Of a stretch of 64,000 bases of DNA, positions 35,801 to 48,200 are shown in pieces (the first letter of the stretch is position 1; every line of letters starts with the position of its first letter). The DNA comes from Eledone cirrhosa (Eukaryota). The position numbers and the translations under genes were made by a program. The stretch covers positions 129,580,001-129,644,000 of the forward strand of contig OZ024744.1 in the NCBI GenBank assembly GCA_964016885.1, written 5' to 3'. A model generated the notes under the pieces. The model was not told the DNA's origin. It made no database searches and saw nothing but the letters and a program-made list of their open reading frames with translations.

Positions 35801-38800
35801 AATTAAGTTGGGGTTAAGTTAAGTTGGGGTTATGTTAAGTTGGTGTTAAGTTAAGTTGGGGTTAAGTTAAGTTGGGGTTAAGTTAGGTTGGTGTTAATTT
35901 AAGTTGGGGGTAAGTTAAGTTGGGGGTAAGTTAAGTTGGTGTTAAGTTAAGTTGGGGTTAAGTTAAGTTGGGGTTAAGTTAAGTTGGGTTTAAGTTAAGT
36001 TGGGGCTAAGTTAAGTTAGGGCTAAGTTAAGTTGGGGTTAAGTAAAGTTAGGGCTAAGTTAAGTTGGGGTTAAGTTAAGTTGGGGTTAATTTAAGTTGGG
36101 GTTACATTAAGTTGATGTTAAGTTAAGTTGGGGTTAAGTTAAGTTGGGGTTAAGTTAAGTTGGGGTTAAATTAAGTTGGGGTTAAATTAAGTTGGGGTTA
36201 AGTTAAGTTGGGGTTAAGTTAGGTTGGTGTTAAGTTAAGTTGGGGTTAAGTTAATTTGTGGTTAAGTTAAGTTGGAGTTAAGTTAAGTTGGGGTTAAGTT
36301 CAGTCGGGGTTAAATTAAGTCGGGGTTAAGTTAAGTTGGGGTTAAGTTAAGTTGCGGTTAAGTTAAGTTGGGGTTAAGTTAAGTTGGGGTTAAGTTAAGT
36401 TGGGGTTAAGTTAGGTTGGTGTTAAGTTAAGTTGGTGTTAAGTTAATTTGTGGTTAAGTTAAGTTGGGGTTACATTAAGTTGAGGTTAAGTTAAGTTGTG
36501 GTTAAGTTAAGTTAGGGTTAATTTAAGTTAGGGTTATGTTAAGTTGGGGTTAAGTTAAGTTGGAGTTAAGTCAGGTTGGTGTTAAGTTAAGTTGGGGTTA
36601 AGTTAATTTGTGGTTAAGTTAAGTTGGGGTTAAGTTAAGTTGGGGTTAAGTTCAGTCGGGGTTAAGTTAAGTCGGGGTTAAGTTAAGTTGGGGTTAAGTT
36701 AAGTTGGGGTTAAGTTAAGTTGGGGTTAAGTAAAGTTGGGGTTAAGTTAAGTCGGGGTTAAGTTAAGTTAGGGTTAAGTTAAGTTGGGGTTAATTTTAGT
36801 TGGGGTTAAGTTAAGTTGGGGTTAAGTTAAGTTGGGGTTAAGTTAAGTTGAGGTTAAAGTTAAGTAGGGGTTAAATTATGTTGGGGTTAAGTTAAGTTGG
36901 GGTTAAGTTAAGTTGGGGTTAAGTTAAGTTGGGGATAAGTTAAGTTGGGGATAAGTTAAGTTGGGGTTAATTAAGTTGGTTTTAAGTTAAGTTGGGGTTA
37001 AGTTAAGTTGGGGTTAAGTTAAGTTGGGGTTAAGTTAAGTTGGTTAGTTAAGTTGAGTTTAAGTTAAGTTGGGCTTAATTTAAGTTGGGGTTAAGTTAGG
37101 TTGGGGTTAGGTTAAGTTGGGGTTAAGTTAAGTTGGGGTTAAGTTAAGTTGGGGTTCAGTCAAGTTGGGGTTAAGTTAAGTTGGGGTTAAGTTGGGGTAA
37201 AATTAAGTTGGGGTTAAGTTAAGTTGGGGTTAAGTTAAGTTGGGGTTAAGTTAAGTTGGGGTTAAGTTAAGTTGCGGTTAAGTTAAGTTGAGGTTAAGTT
37301 AAGTTGGGGTTAAGTTAAGTTTGGGTTAATTTAAGTTGGGGCTAAGTTAAGTTGGGGCTAAGTTAAGTTGGGGCTAAGTTAAGTTGGGGTTAAGTTAACT
37401 TTGGGTTAAGTTAAGTTGGGTTTGAGTTAAGTTGGGGTTAATTAAGTTGGGGTTAAGTTAAGTTGGGGTTAAGTTAAGTTGGGGTTAAGTTAAGTTGGTG
37501 TTAAGTTAAGTTGCGGTTAAGTTAAGTTGATGTTAAGTTAAGTTGGGGTTAAGTTAAGTTGGGGTTAAGTTAAGTTGGGGCTAAGTTAAGTTGGGGCTAA
37601 GTTAAGTTGGGGCTAAGTTAAGTTGGGGTTAAGTTAAGGTGGGGTTAAGTTAAGTTGGGGTCAACTTAAGTTGGGGTTAAGTTAAGTTGGGGTTAAGTTA
37701 AGTTGGGGTTAAGTTAAGTTGGGGTTAAGTTAAGTTGGGGTTACGTTAAGTTGGGGGTAAGTTAAGTTGGTGGTAAGTTAAGTTGGGGGTAAGTTAAGAC
37801 GGGGTTAAGTTAAGTTGGGGTTAATTTAATTTGGGGTTAAGTTAAGTTAGGGTTAAGTTAAGTTGGGGTTATGTTAAGTTGGGGTTAAGTTAAGTTGGGG
37901 TTAAGTTAAGTTGGGGTTCAATTAAGTTGCGGTTAATTTAAGTTGGGTTTAAGTTAAGTTGGGGTTAAGTTAAGTTGGGGTTATGTTAAGTTGGTGTTAA
38001 GTTAAGTTGGGGTTAAGTTAAGTTGGGGTTAAGTTAAGTTGGGGTTAAGTTAGGTTGGTGTTAAGTTAAGTTGGCGGTAAGTTAAGTTGGGGGTAAGTTA
38101 AGTTGGTGTTAAGTTATGTTGGGGTTAAGTTAAGTTGGGGTTAAGTTAAGTTGGGTTTAAGTTAAGTTGGGGCTAAGTTAAGTTAGGGCTAAGTTAAGTT
38201 GGGGTTAAGTAAAGTTAGGGCTAAGTTAAGTTGGGGTTAAGTTAAGTTGGGGTTAAGTTAAGTTGGGGTTACATTAAGTTGAGGTTAAGTTAAGTTGGGG
38301 TTAAGTTGGGGTAAAATTAAGTTGGGGTTAAGTTAAGTTGGGGTTAAGTTAAGTTGCGGTTAAGTTAAGTTGCCGTTAAGTTAAGTTGAGGTTAAGTTAA
38401 GTTGGGGTTAAGTTAAGTTGGGGTTAAGTTAAGTTGGGGCTAAGTTAAGTTGGGGCTAAGTTAAGTTGGGGCTGAGTTAAGTTGGGGTTAAGTTAACTTT
38501 GGGTTAAGTTAAGTTGGGTTTGAGTTAAGTTGGGGTTAATTAAGTTGGGGTTAAGTTAAGTTGGGGTTAAGTTGGGGTTAAGTTAAGTTGCGGTTAAGTT
38601 AAGTTGATGTTAAGTTAAGTTGGGGTTAAGTTAAGTTGGGGCTAAGTTAAGTTGGAGCTAAGTTAAGTTGGGGCTAGGTTAAGTTGGGGTTAAGTTAAGT
38701 TGGGGTTAAGTTAAGGTGGGGTTAAGTTAAGTTGGGGTCAACTTAAGTTGGGGTTAAGTTAAGTTGGGGTTAACTTAAGTTGGGGTTAAGTTAAGTTGGG

Positions 38801-39240
38801 GTTAAGTTAAGTTGGGGTTAAGTTAAGTTGGGGTTACGTTAAGTTGGGGGTAAGTCAAGTTGGTGGTAAGCTAAGTTGGGGGTAAGTTAAGATGGGGTTA
38901 AGTTAAGTTGGGTTTAATTTAATTTGGGGTTAAGTTAAGTTAGGGTTAAGTTAAGTTGGGGTTGAGTTAAGTTGGGGTTAAGTTAAGTTGGGGTTATGTT
39001 AAGTTGGGGTTAAGTTAAGTTGGGGTTAAGTTAAGTTGGGGTTCAATTAAGTTGCGGATAATTTAAGTTGGGGTTAAGTTAAGTTGGGGTTAAATTAAGT
39101 TGGGGTTAAGTTAAGGTGGGGTTAAGTTAAGTTGGGGTCAACTTAAGTTGGGGTTAAGTTAAGTTGGGGTTAACTTAAGTTGGGGTTAAGTTAAGTTGGG
39201 GTTAAGTTAAGTTGGGGTTAAGTTAAGTTGGGGTTAAGTT
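23821..39240 (+). repeat. ~15.4-kb higher-order tandem duplication, copy A (boundaries approximate)
   Basis: Matches 39241 onward line-for-line at offset 15420, then 15180, 15228 and 15212 after monomer-multiple indels. Confidence 0.9.
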
Positions 39241-42200
39241 AAGTTGGGTTTAAGTTAAGTTGGGGCTAAGTTAAGTTAGGGCTAAGTTAAGTTGGGGTTA
39301 AGTAAAGTTAGGGCTAAGTTAAGTTGGGGTTAAGTTAAGTTGGGGTTAAGTTAAGTTGGGGTTACATTAAGTTGAGGTTAAGTTAAGTTGGGGTTAAGTT
39401 GGGGTAAAATTAAGTTGGGGTTAAGTTAAGTTGGGGTTAAGTTAAGTTGCGGTTAAGTTAAGTTGCCGTTAAGTTAAGTTGAGGTTAAGTTAAGTTGGGG
39501 TTAAGTTAAGTTGGGGTTAAGTTAAGTTGGGGCTAAGTTAAGTTGGGGCTAAGTTAAGTTGGGGCTGAGTTAAGTTGGGGTTAAGTTAACTTTGGGTTAA
39601 GTTAAGTTGGGTTTGAGTTAAGTTGGGGTTAATTAAGTTGGGGTTAAGTTAAGTTGGGGTTAAGTTGGGGTTAAGTTAAGTTGCGGTTAAGTTAAGTTGA
39701 TGTTAAGTTAAGTTGGGGTTAAGTTAAGTTGGGGTTAAGTTAAGTTGGGGCTAAGTTAAGTTGGAGCTAAGTTAAGTTGGGGCTAGGTTAAGTTGGGGTT
39801 AAGTTAAGTTGGGGTTAAGTTAAGGTGGGGTTAAGTTAAGTTGGGGTCAACTTAAGTTGGGGTTAAGTTAAGTTGGGGTTAACTTAAGTTGGGGTTAAGT
39901 TAAGTTGGGGTTAAGTTAAGTTGGGGTTAAGTTAAGTTGGGGTTACGTTAAGTTGGGGGTAAGTCAAGTTGGTGGTAAGCTAAGTTGGGGGTAAGTTAAG
40001 ATGGGGTTAAGTTAAGTTGGGTTTAATTTAATTTGGGGTTAAGTTAAGTTAGGGTTAAGTTAAGTTGGGGTTGAGTTAAGTTGGGGTTAAGTTAAGTTGG
40101 GGTTATGTTAAGTTGGGGTTAAGTTAAGTTGGGGTTAAGTTAAGTTGGGGTTCAATTAAGTTGCGGATAATTTAAGTTAGGGTTAAGTTAAGTTTGGGTT
40201 AAATTAAGTTGGGGTTAAGTTAAGTTGGGGTTATGTTAAGTTGGTGTTAAGTTAAGTTGGGGTTAAGTTAAGTTGGGGTTAAGTTAGGTTGGTGTTAATT
40301 TAAGTTGGGTGTAAGTTAAGTTGGGGGTAAGTTAAGTTGGTGTTAAGTTAAGTTGGGGTTAAGTTAAGTTGGGGTTAAGTTAAGTTGGGTTTAAGTTAAG
40401 TTGGGGCTAATTTAAGTTAGGGCTAAGTTAAGTTGGGGTTAAGTAAAGTTAGGGCTAAGTTAAGTTGGGGTTAAGTTAAGTTGGGGTTAATTTAAGTTGG
40501 GGTTACATTAAGTTGATGTTAAGTTAAGTTGGGGTTAAGTTAAGTTGGGGTTAAGTTAAGTTGGGGTTAAATTAAGTTGGGGTTAAATTAAGTTGGGGTT
40601 AATTTAAGTTGGGTTAAGTTAGGTTGGTGTTAAGTTAAGTTGGGGTTAAGTTAATTTGTGGTTAAGTTAAGTTGGGGTTAAGTTAAGTTGGGGTTAAGTT
40701 CAGTCGGGGTTAAGTTAAGTCGGGGTTAAGTTAAGTTGGGGTTAAGTTAAGTTGCGGTTAAGTTAAGTTGGGGTTAAGTTAAGTTGGGGTTAAGTTAATT
40801 AGGGTTAAGTTAAGTTGGGGTTAAGTTAAGTTGGGGTTAAGTTAAGTTGGGGTTAAGTTAGGTTGGTGTTAAGTTAAGTTGGGGTTAAGTTAATTTGTGG
40901 TTAAGTTAAGTTGGGGTTACATTAAGTTGAGGTTAAGTTAAGTTGTGGTTAAGTTAAGTTAGGGTTAATTTAAGTTAGGGTTATGTTAAGTTGGGGTTAA
41001 GTTAAGTTGGAGTTAAGTTAGGTTGGTGTTAAGTTAAGTTGGGGTTAAGTTAATTTGTGGTTAAGTTAAGTTGGGGTTAAGTTAAGTTGGGGTTAAGTTC
41101 AGTCGGGGTTAAGTTAAGTCGGGGTTAAGTTAAGTTGGGGTTAAGTTAAGTTGGGGTTAAGTTAAGTTGGGGTTAAGTTAAGTCGGGGTTAAGTTAAGTT
41201 AGGGTTAAGTTAAGTTGGGGTTAATTTAAGTTGGGGTTAAGTTAAGTTGAGGTTAAGTTAAGTTGGGGTTAAGTTAAGTTGAGGTTAAAGTTAAGTAGGG
41301 GTTAAATTATGTTGGGGTTAAGTTAAGTTGGGGTTAAGTTAAGTTGGGGTTAAGTTAAGTTGGGGTTAAGTTAAGTTGGGGCTAAGTTAAGTTGGGGCTA
41401 AGTTAAGTTGGGGCTAAGTTAAGTTGGGGTTAAGTTAAGGTGGGGTTAAGTTAAGTTGGGGTCAACTTAAGTTGGGGTTAAGTTAAGTTGGGGTTAAGTT
41501 AAGTTGGGGTTAAGTTAAGTTGGGGTTAAGTTAAGTTGGGGTTACGTTAAGTTGGGGGTAAGTTAAGTTGGTGGTAAGTTAAGTTGGGGGTAAGTTAAGA
41601 TGGGGTTAAGTTAAGTTGGGGTTAATTTAATTTGGGGTTAAGTTAAGTTAGGGTTAAGTTAAGTTGGGGTTATGTTAAGTTGGGGTTAAGTTAAGTTGGG
41701 GTTAAGTTAAGTTGGGGTTCAATTAAGTTGCGGTTAATTTAAGTTGGGTTTAAGTTAAGTTGGGGTTAAGTTAAGTTGGGGTTATGTTAAGTTGGTGTTA
41801 AGTTAAGTTGGGGTTAAGTTAAGTTGGGGTTAAGTTAAGTTGGGGTTAAGTTAGGTTGGTGTTAAGTTAAGTTGGCGGTAAGTTAAGTTGGGGGTAAGTT
41901 AAGTTGGTGTTAAGTTATGTTGGGGTTAAGTTAAGTTGGGGTTAAGTTAAGTTGGGTTTAAGTTAAGTTGGGGCTAAGTTAAGTTAGGGCTAAGTTAAGT
42001 TGGGGTTAAGTAAAGTTAGGGCTAAGTTAAGTTGGGGTTAAGTTAAGTTGGGGTTAAGTTAAGTTGGGGTTACATTAAGTTGAGGTTAAGTTAAGTTGGG
42101 GTTAAGTTAAGTTGGGTTTAAGTTAAGTTGGGGCTAAGTTAAGTTAGGGCTAAGTTAAGTTGGGGCTGAGTTAAGTTGGGGTTAAGTTAAGTTGGGGTTG

Positions 42201-45200
42201 AGTTAAGTTGGGGTTAAGTTAAGTTGGGGTTAAGTTAAGTTGGGGCTGAGTTAAGTTGGGGTTACGTTAAGTTGGGGTTAAGGTAAGTTGGGGTTAAGTT
42301 AAGTTCGGGTTAAGTTAAGTTGGTGTTAAGTTAAGTTGGGGCTGAGTTAAGTTGGGGCTAAGTTAAGTTGGGTCTAAGTTAAGTTGGGGTTAAGTTAAGT
42401 TGGGGTTAAGTTAAGTTGGTGTTAAATTAAGTTGGGGTTAAGTTAAGTTGGTGTTAAGTTAAGTTGGGGTTAAGTTAAGTTGGGGTTAATTAAGTTGGGG
42501 TTAAGTTAAGTTGGGGTTAAGTTAATTGGGGTTAAATTAAGTTAGGGTTGAGTTAAGTTGGGGTTAAGTTAAGTTGGGGTTATATTAAGTTGGGGTTAAG
42601 TTAAGTTGGGGTTAAGTAAAGTTGGGGTTCAGTTAAGTTGCGGTTAAGTTAAGTTGGGGTTAAGTTAAGTTAGGCTTAACTTAAGTTGGGGTTAAGTTAA
42701 GTTGGGGGTGAGTTAAGTTGGGGGTAAGTTAAGTTGGGGTTAAGTTAAGTTGGGGTTAAGTTGGGGTTAAGTTAATTTAGGGTTAAGTTAAGTTGGGGTT
42801 GAGTTAAGTTGGGGTTAAGTTAAGTGGTGGTTATGTTAAGTTGGGGTTAAGTTAAGTTGGGGTTAATTTAAATTGGGGTTAATTTAACTTTGTGGTTAAG
42901 TTAAGTTGGGGTTAATTTAAGTTGGGTTTAAGTTAAGTTGGGGTTAATTTAATTTGTGGTTAAGTTAAGTTGGGGTTAAGTTAAGTTGGGGTTGAGTTAA
43001 GCTGGGGTTAAGTTAAGTTGGGGTTAAAATAAGTTGGGGTTAAGTTAAGTTGGGGTTGAGTTAAGTTGGGGTTGAGTTAATTCGGGGTTAAGTTAAGTTG
43101 GGGTTAAGTTAAGTTGGGGTTAAGTTAAGTTGGGGATAAGTTAAGTTGAGGATAAGCTAAGTTGGGGTTAATTAAGTTGGGTTTAAGTTAAGTTGGGGTT
43201 AAGTTAAGTTGGGGTTAAGTTAAGTTGGGGTTAAGTTAATTTGTGGTTAAGTTAAGTTGGGGTTAAGTTAAGTTGGGGTTAAGTTAAGTTGGGGATAAGT
43301 TAAGTTGAGGATAAGCTAAGTTGGGGTTAATTAAGTTGGGTTTAAGTTAAGTTGGGGTTAAGTTAAGTTGGGGTTAAGTTAAGTTGGGGTTAAGTTAAGT
43401 TGGTTAGTTAAGTTGAGTTTAAGTTAAGTTGGGGTTAATTTAAGTTGGGGTTAAGTTAAGTTGGGGTTAAGTTAAGTTGGGGTTAAGTTAAGTTGGGGTT
43501 CAGTTAAGTTGCGGTTAAGTTAAGTTGGGGTTAAGTTGGGGTAAAATTAAGTTGGGGTTAAGTTAAGTTGCGGTTAAGTTAAGTTGAGGTTAAGTTAAGT
43601 TGGGGTTAAGTTAAGTTGGGGCTAAGTTAAGTTGGGGCTAAGTTAAGTTGGGGCTAAGTTAAGTTGGGGTTAAGTTAACTTTGGGTTAAGTTAAGTTGGG
43701 TTTGAGTTAAGTTGGGGTTAATTAAGTTGGGGTTAATTTAAGTTGGGGTTAAGTTAAGTTGGGGTTACGTTAAGTTGGGGGTAAGTTAAGTTGGTGGTAA
43801 GTTAAGTTGGGGGTAAGTTAAGATGGGGTTAAGTTAAGTGGTGGTTATGTTAAGTTGGGGTTAAGTTAAGTTGGGGTTAATTTAAATTGGCGTTAATTTA
43901 AATTTGTTGTTAAGTTAAGTTGGGGTTAATTTAAGTTGGGGTTATGTTAAGTTGGGGTTGAGTGAAGTTGGGGTTAAGTTAGGTTGGGGTTATGTTAAGT
44001 TGGGGTTACGTTAAGTTGGGTTTAAGTTAAGTTGGGGTTAAGTTAAGTTGGGGTTAAGTTAAGTTGGGGTTAATTTAAGTTGGGGTTAAGTTAAGTTGGG
44101 ATTAATTTAAGTTGGGGTTAAGTTAAGTTGGGGTTAAGTTAAGTTGGGGTTAAATTAAGTTGGGGTTAAGTTAAGTTGGGGTTAAGTTAAGTTGGGGTTA
44201 AGTTAATTTGGGGTTAAGTTAAGTTAGGGTTAAGTTAAGTTGGGGTTGAGTTAAGTTGGGGGTAAGTTAAGTTGGGGTTAAGTTAAGTTGGGGTTAAGTT
44301 AAGTTGGGGTTAAGTTAAGTTAGGCTTAACTTAAGTTGGGGTTAAGTTAAGTTGGGGGTGAGTTAAGTTGGGGCTAAGTTAAGTTGGGGTTAAGTTAAGT
44401 TGGGGTTAAGTTGGGGTTAAGTTAAGTTAGGGTTAAGTTAATTTGGGGTTGAGTTAAGTTGGGGTTAAGTTAAGTGGTGGTTATGTTAAGTTGGGGTTAA
44501 GTTAAGTTGGGGTTAATTTAAATTGGGGTTAATTTAAATTTGTTGTTAAGTTAAGTTGGGGTTAATTTAAGTTGGGGTTAAGTTAAGTTTGGGTTGAGTT
44601 AAGTTGTGGTTGAGTGAAGTTGGGGTTAAGTTAAGTTGGGGTTAAATTAAGTTGGGGTTAAGTTAAGTTGGGTTGAGTGAAGGTGGGGTTAATTTAAGTT
44701 AAGGCTAAGTTAATTTGGGGTTAAGTTAAGTTGGGGTTAAATTAAGTTGGGGTTAAGTTAAGTTGGGGTTAAGTTAAGTTGGGGTTAAGTTAATTTGGGG
44801 TTAAGTGAAGTTAGGGTTAAGTTAAGTTGGGGCTGAGTTAAGTTGGGTGTAAGTTAAGTTGGGGTTATGTTAAGTTGGGGCTAAGTTAAGTTGGGGTTAA
44901 GTTAAGTTGGGGTTCAGTTAAGTTGCGGTTAAGTTAAGTTGGGGTTAAGTTAAGTTGGGGTTAATTTAAGTTGGGGTTAATTTAAGTTGGGGTTAAGTTA
45001 AGTTGGGGTTAAGTTAATTTGTGGTTAAGTTAAGTTGGGGTTAAGTTAAGTTGGGGTTAAATTCAGTCGGGGTTAAGTTAAGTCGGGGTTAAGTTACGTT
45101 GGGGTTAAGTTAAGTTGGGGTTAAGTTAAGTTGGGGTTGAGTTAAGTTGGGGTTAAGTTAAGTTGGGGTTAAGTTAAGTTGGGGTTAAGTTAAGTTGGGG

Positions 45201-48200
45201 TTAAGTTAAGTTGGGGTTAAGTTAAGTTGGGATTAATTTAAGTTGGGGTTAATTTAAGTTGGGGTTAAGTTAAGTTGGGGTTAAGTTAAGTTGGGGTAAA
45301 GTTAAGTTGGGGGTAAGTTAAGTTGGGGTTAAGTTAAGTTGGGGTTAAGTTGGGGTTAAGTTAAGTTAGGGTTAACTTAAGTTGGGGTTGTGTTAAGTGG
45401 TGGTTATGTTAAGTGGTGGTTATGTTAAGTTGGGGTTAAGTTAAGTTGGGGTTAAGTTAAGTTGGGGTTAAGTTAAGTTGGGGTTAAGTTAATTAGGGTT
45501 AAGTTAAGTTTGGTTTAAGTTAAGTTGGGGTGAAGTTAATTTGTGGTTAAGTTAAGTTGGGGTTAAGTTAAGTTGGGGTTAAGTTAAGTTGGGGATAAGT
45601 TAAGTTGGGGATAAGTTAAGTTGGGGTTAATTAAGTTGGGTTTAAGTTAAGTTGGGGTTAAGTTAAGTTGGGGTTAAGTTAAGTTGGGGTTAAGTTAAGT
45701 TGGTTAGTTAAGTTGAGTTTAATTTAAGTTGGGGTTAATTTAAGTTGGGGTTAAGTTAAGTTGGGGTTAAGTTAAGTTGGGGTTAAGTTAAGTTGGGGTT
45801 CAGTTAAGTTGGGGTTAAGTTAAGTTGGGGTTAAGTTGGGGTAAAATTAAGTTGGGGTTAAGTTAAGTTGGGGTTAAGTTAAGTTGCGGTTAAGTTAAGT
45901 TGCCGTTAAGTTAAGTTGAGGTTAAGTTAAGTTGGGGTTAAGTTAAGTTGGGGTTAAGTTAAGTTGGGGCTAAGTTAAGTTGGGGCTAAGTTAAGTTGGG
46001 GCTGAGTTAAGTTGGGGTTAAGTTAACTTTGGGTTAAGTTAAGTTGGGTTTGAGTTAAGTTGGGGTTAATTAAGTTGGGGTTAAGTTAAGTTGGGGTTAA
46101 GTTAAGTTGGGGTTAAGTTGGGGTTAAGTTAAGTTGCGGTTAAGTTAAGTTGATGTTAAGTTAAGTTGGGGTTAAGTTAAGTTGGGGTTAAGTTAAGTTG
46201 GGGCTAAGTTAAGTTGGAGCTAAGTTAAGTTGGGGCTAGGTTAAGTTGGGGTTAAGTTAAGTTGGGGTTAAGTTAAGGTGGGGTTAAGTTAAGTTGGGGT
46301 CAACTTAAGTTGGGGTTAAGTTAAGTTGGGGTTAACTTAAGTTGGGGTTAAGTTAAGTTGGGGTTAAGTTAAGTTGGGGTTAAGTTAAGTTGGGGTTACG
46401 TTAAGTTGGGGGTAAGTCAAGTTGGTGGTAAGTTAAGTTGGGGGTAAGTTAAGATGGGGTTAAGTTAAGTTGGGGTTAATTTAATTTGGGGTTAAGTTAA
46501 GTTAGGGTTAAGTTAAGTTGGGGTTGAGTTAAGTTGGGGTTAAGTTAAGTTGGGGTTATGTTAAGTTGGGGTTAAGTTAAGTTGGGGTTAAGTTAAGTTG
46601 GGGTTCAATTAAGTTGCGGATAATTTAAGTTGGGGTTAAGTTAAGTTGGGGTTAAATTAAGTTGGGGTTAAGTTAAGTTGGGGTTATGTTAAGTTGGTGT
46701 TAAGTTAAGTTGGGGTTAAGTTAAGTTGGGGTTAAGTTAGGTTGGTGTTAATTTAAGTTGGGGGTAAGTTAAGTTGGGGGTAAGTTAAGTTGGTGTTAAG
46801 TTAAGTTGGGGTTAAGTTAAGTTGGGGTTAAGTTAAGTTGGGTTTAAGTTAAGTTGGGGCTAAGTTAAGTTAGGGCTAAGTTAAGTTGGGGTTAAGTAAA
46901 GTTAGGGCTAAGTTAAGTTGGGGTTAAGTTAAGTTGGGGTTAATTTAAGTTGGGGTTACATTAAGTTGATGTTAAGTTAAGTTGGGGTTAAGTTAAGTTG
47001 GGGTTAAGTTAAGTTGGGGTTAAATTAAGTTGGGGTTAAATTAAGTTGGGGTTAAGTTAAATTGGGGTTAAGTTAGGTTGGTGTTAAGTTAAGTTGGGGT
47101 TAAGTTAATTTGTGGTTAAGTTAAGTTGGGGTTAAGTTAAGTTGGGGTTAAGTTCAGTCGGGGTTAAGTTAAGTCGGGGTTAAGTTAAGTTGGGGTTAAG
47201 TTAAGTTGCGGTTAAGTTAAGTTGGGGTTAAGTTAAGTTGGGGTTAAGTTAATTAGGGTTAAGTTAAGTTGGGGTTAAGTTAAGTTGGGGTTAAGTTAAG
47301 TTGGGGTTAAGTTAGGTTGGTGTTAAGTTAAGTTGGGGTTAAGTTAATTTGTGGTTAAGTTAAGTTGGGGTTACATTAAGTTGAGGTTAAGTTAAGTTGT
47401 GGTTAAGTTAAGTTAGGGTTAATTTAAGTTAGGGTTATGTTAAGTTGGGGTTAAGTTAAGTTGGAGTTAAGTTAGGTTGGTGTTAAGTTAAGTTGGGGTT
47501 AAGTTAATTTGTGGTTAAGTTAAGTTGGGGTTAAGTTAAGTTGGGGTTAAGTTCAGTCGGGGTTAAGTTAAGTCGGGGTTAAGTTAAGTTGGGGTTAAGT
47601 TAAGTTGGGGTTAAGTTAAGTTGGGGTTAAGTTAAGTTGGGGTTAAGTTAAGTCGGGGTTAAGTTAAGTTAGGGTTAAGTTAAGTTGGGGTTAATTTAAG
47701 TTGGGGTTAAGTTAAGTTGGGGTTAAGTTAAGTTGGGGTTAAGTTAAGTTGAGGTTAAAGTTAAGTAGGGGTTAAATTATGTTGGGGTTAAGTTAAGTTG
47801 GGGTTAAGTTAAGTTGGGGTTAAGTTAAGTTGGGGATAAGTTAAGTTGGGGATAAGTTAAGTTGGGGTTAATTAAGTTGGGTTTAAGTTAAGTTGGGGTT
47901 AAGTTAAGTTGGGGTTAAGTTAAGTTGGGGTTAAGTTAAGTTGGTTAGTTAAGTTGAGTTTAAGTTAAGTTGGGCTTAATTTAAGTTGGGGTTAAGTTAA
48001 GTTGGGGTTAAGTTAAGTTGGGGTTAAGTTAAGTTGAGGTTAAGTTAAGTTGGGTTTAAGTTAATTGGGGTTAAGTTAAGTTGGGGCTAAGTTAAGTTGG
48101 GGCTAAGTTAAGTTGGGGCTAAGTTAAGTTGGGGTTAAGTTAACTTTGGGTTAAGTTAAGTTGGGTTTGAGTTAAGTTGGGGTTAATTAAGTTGGGGTTA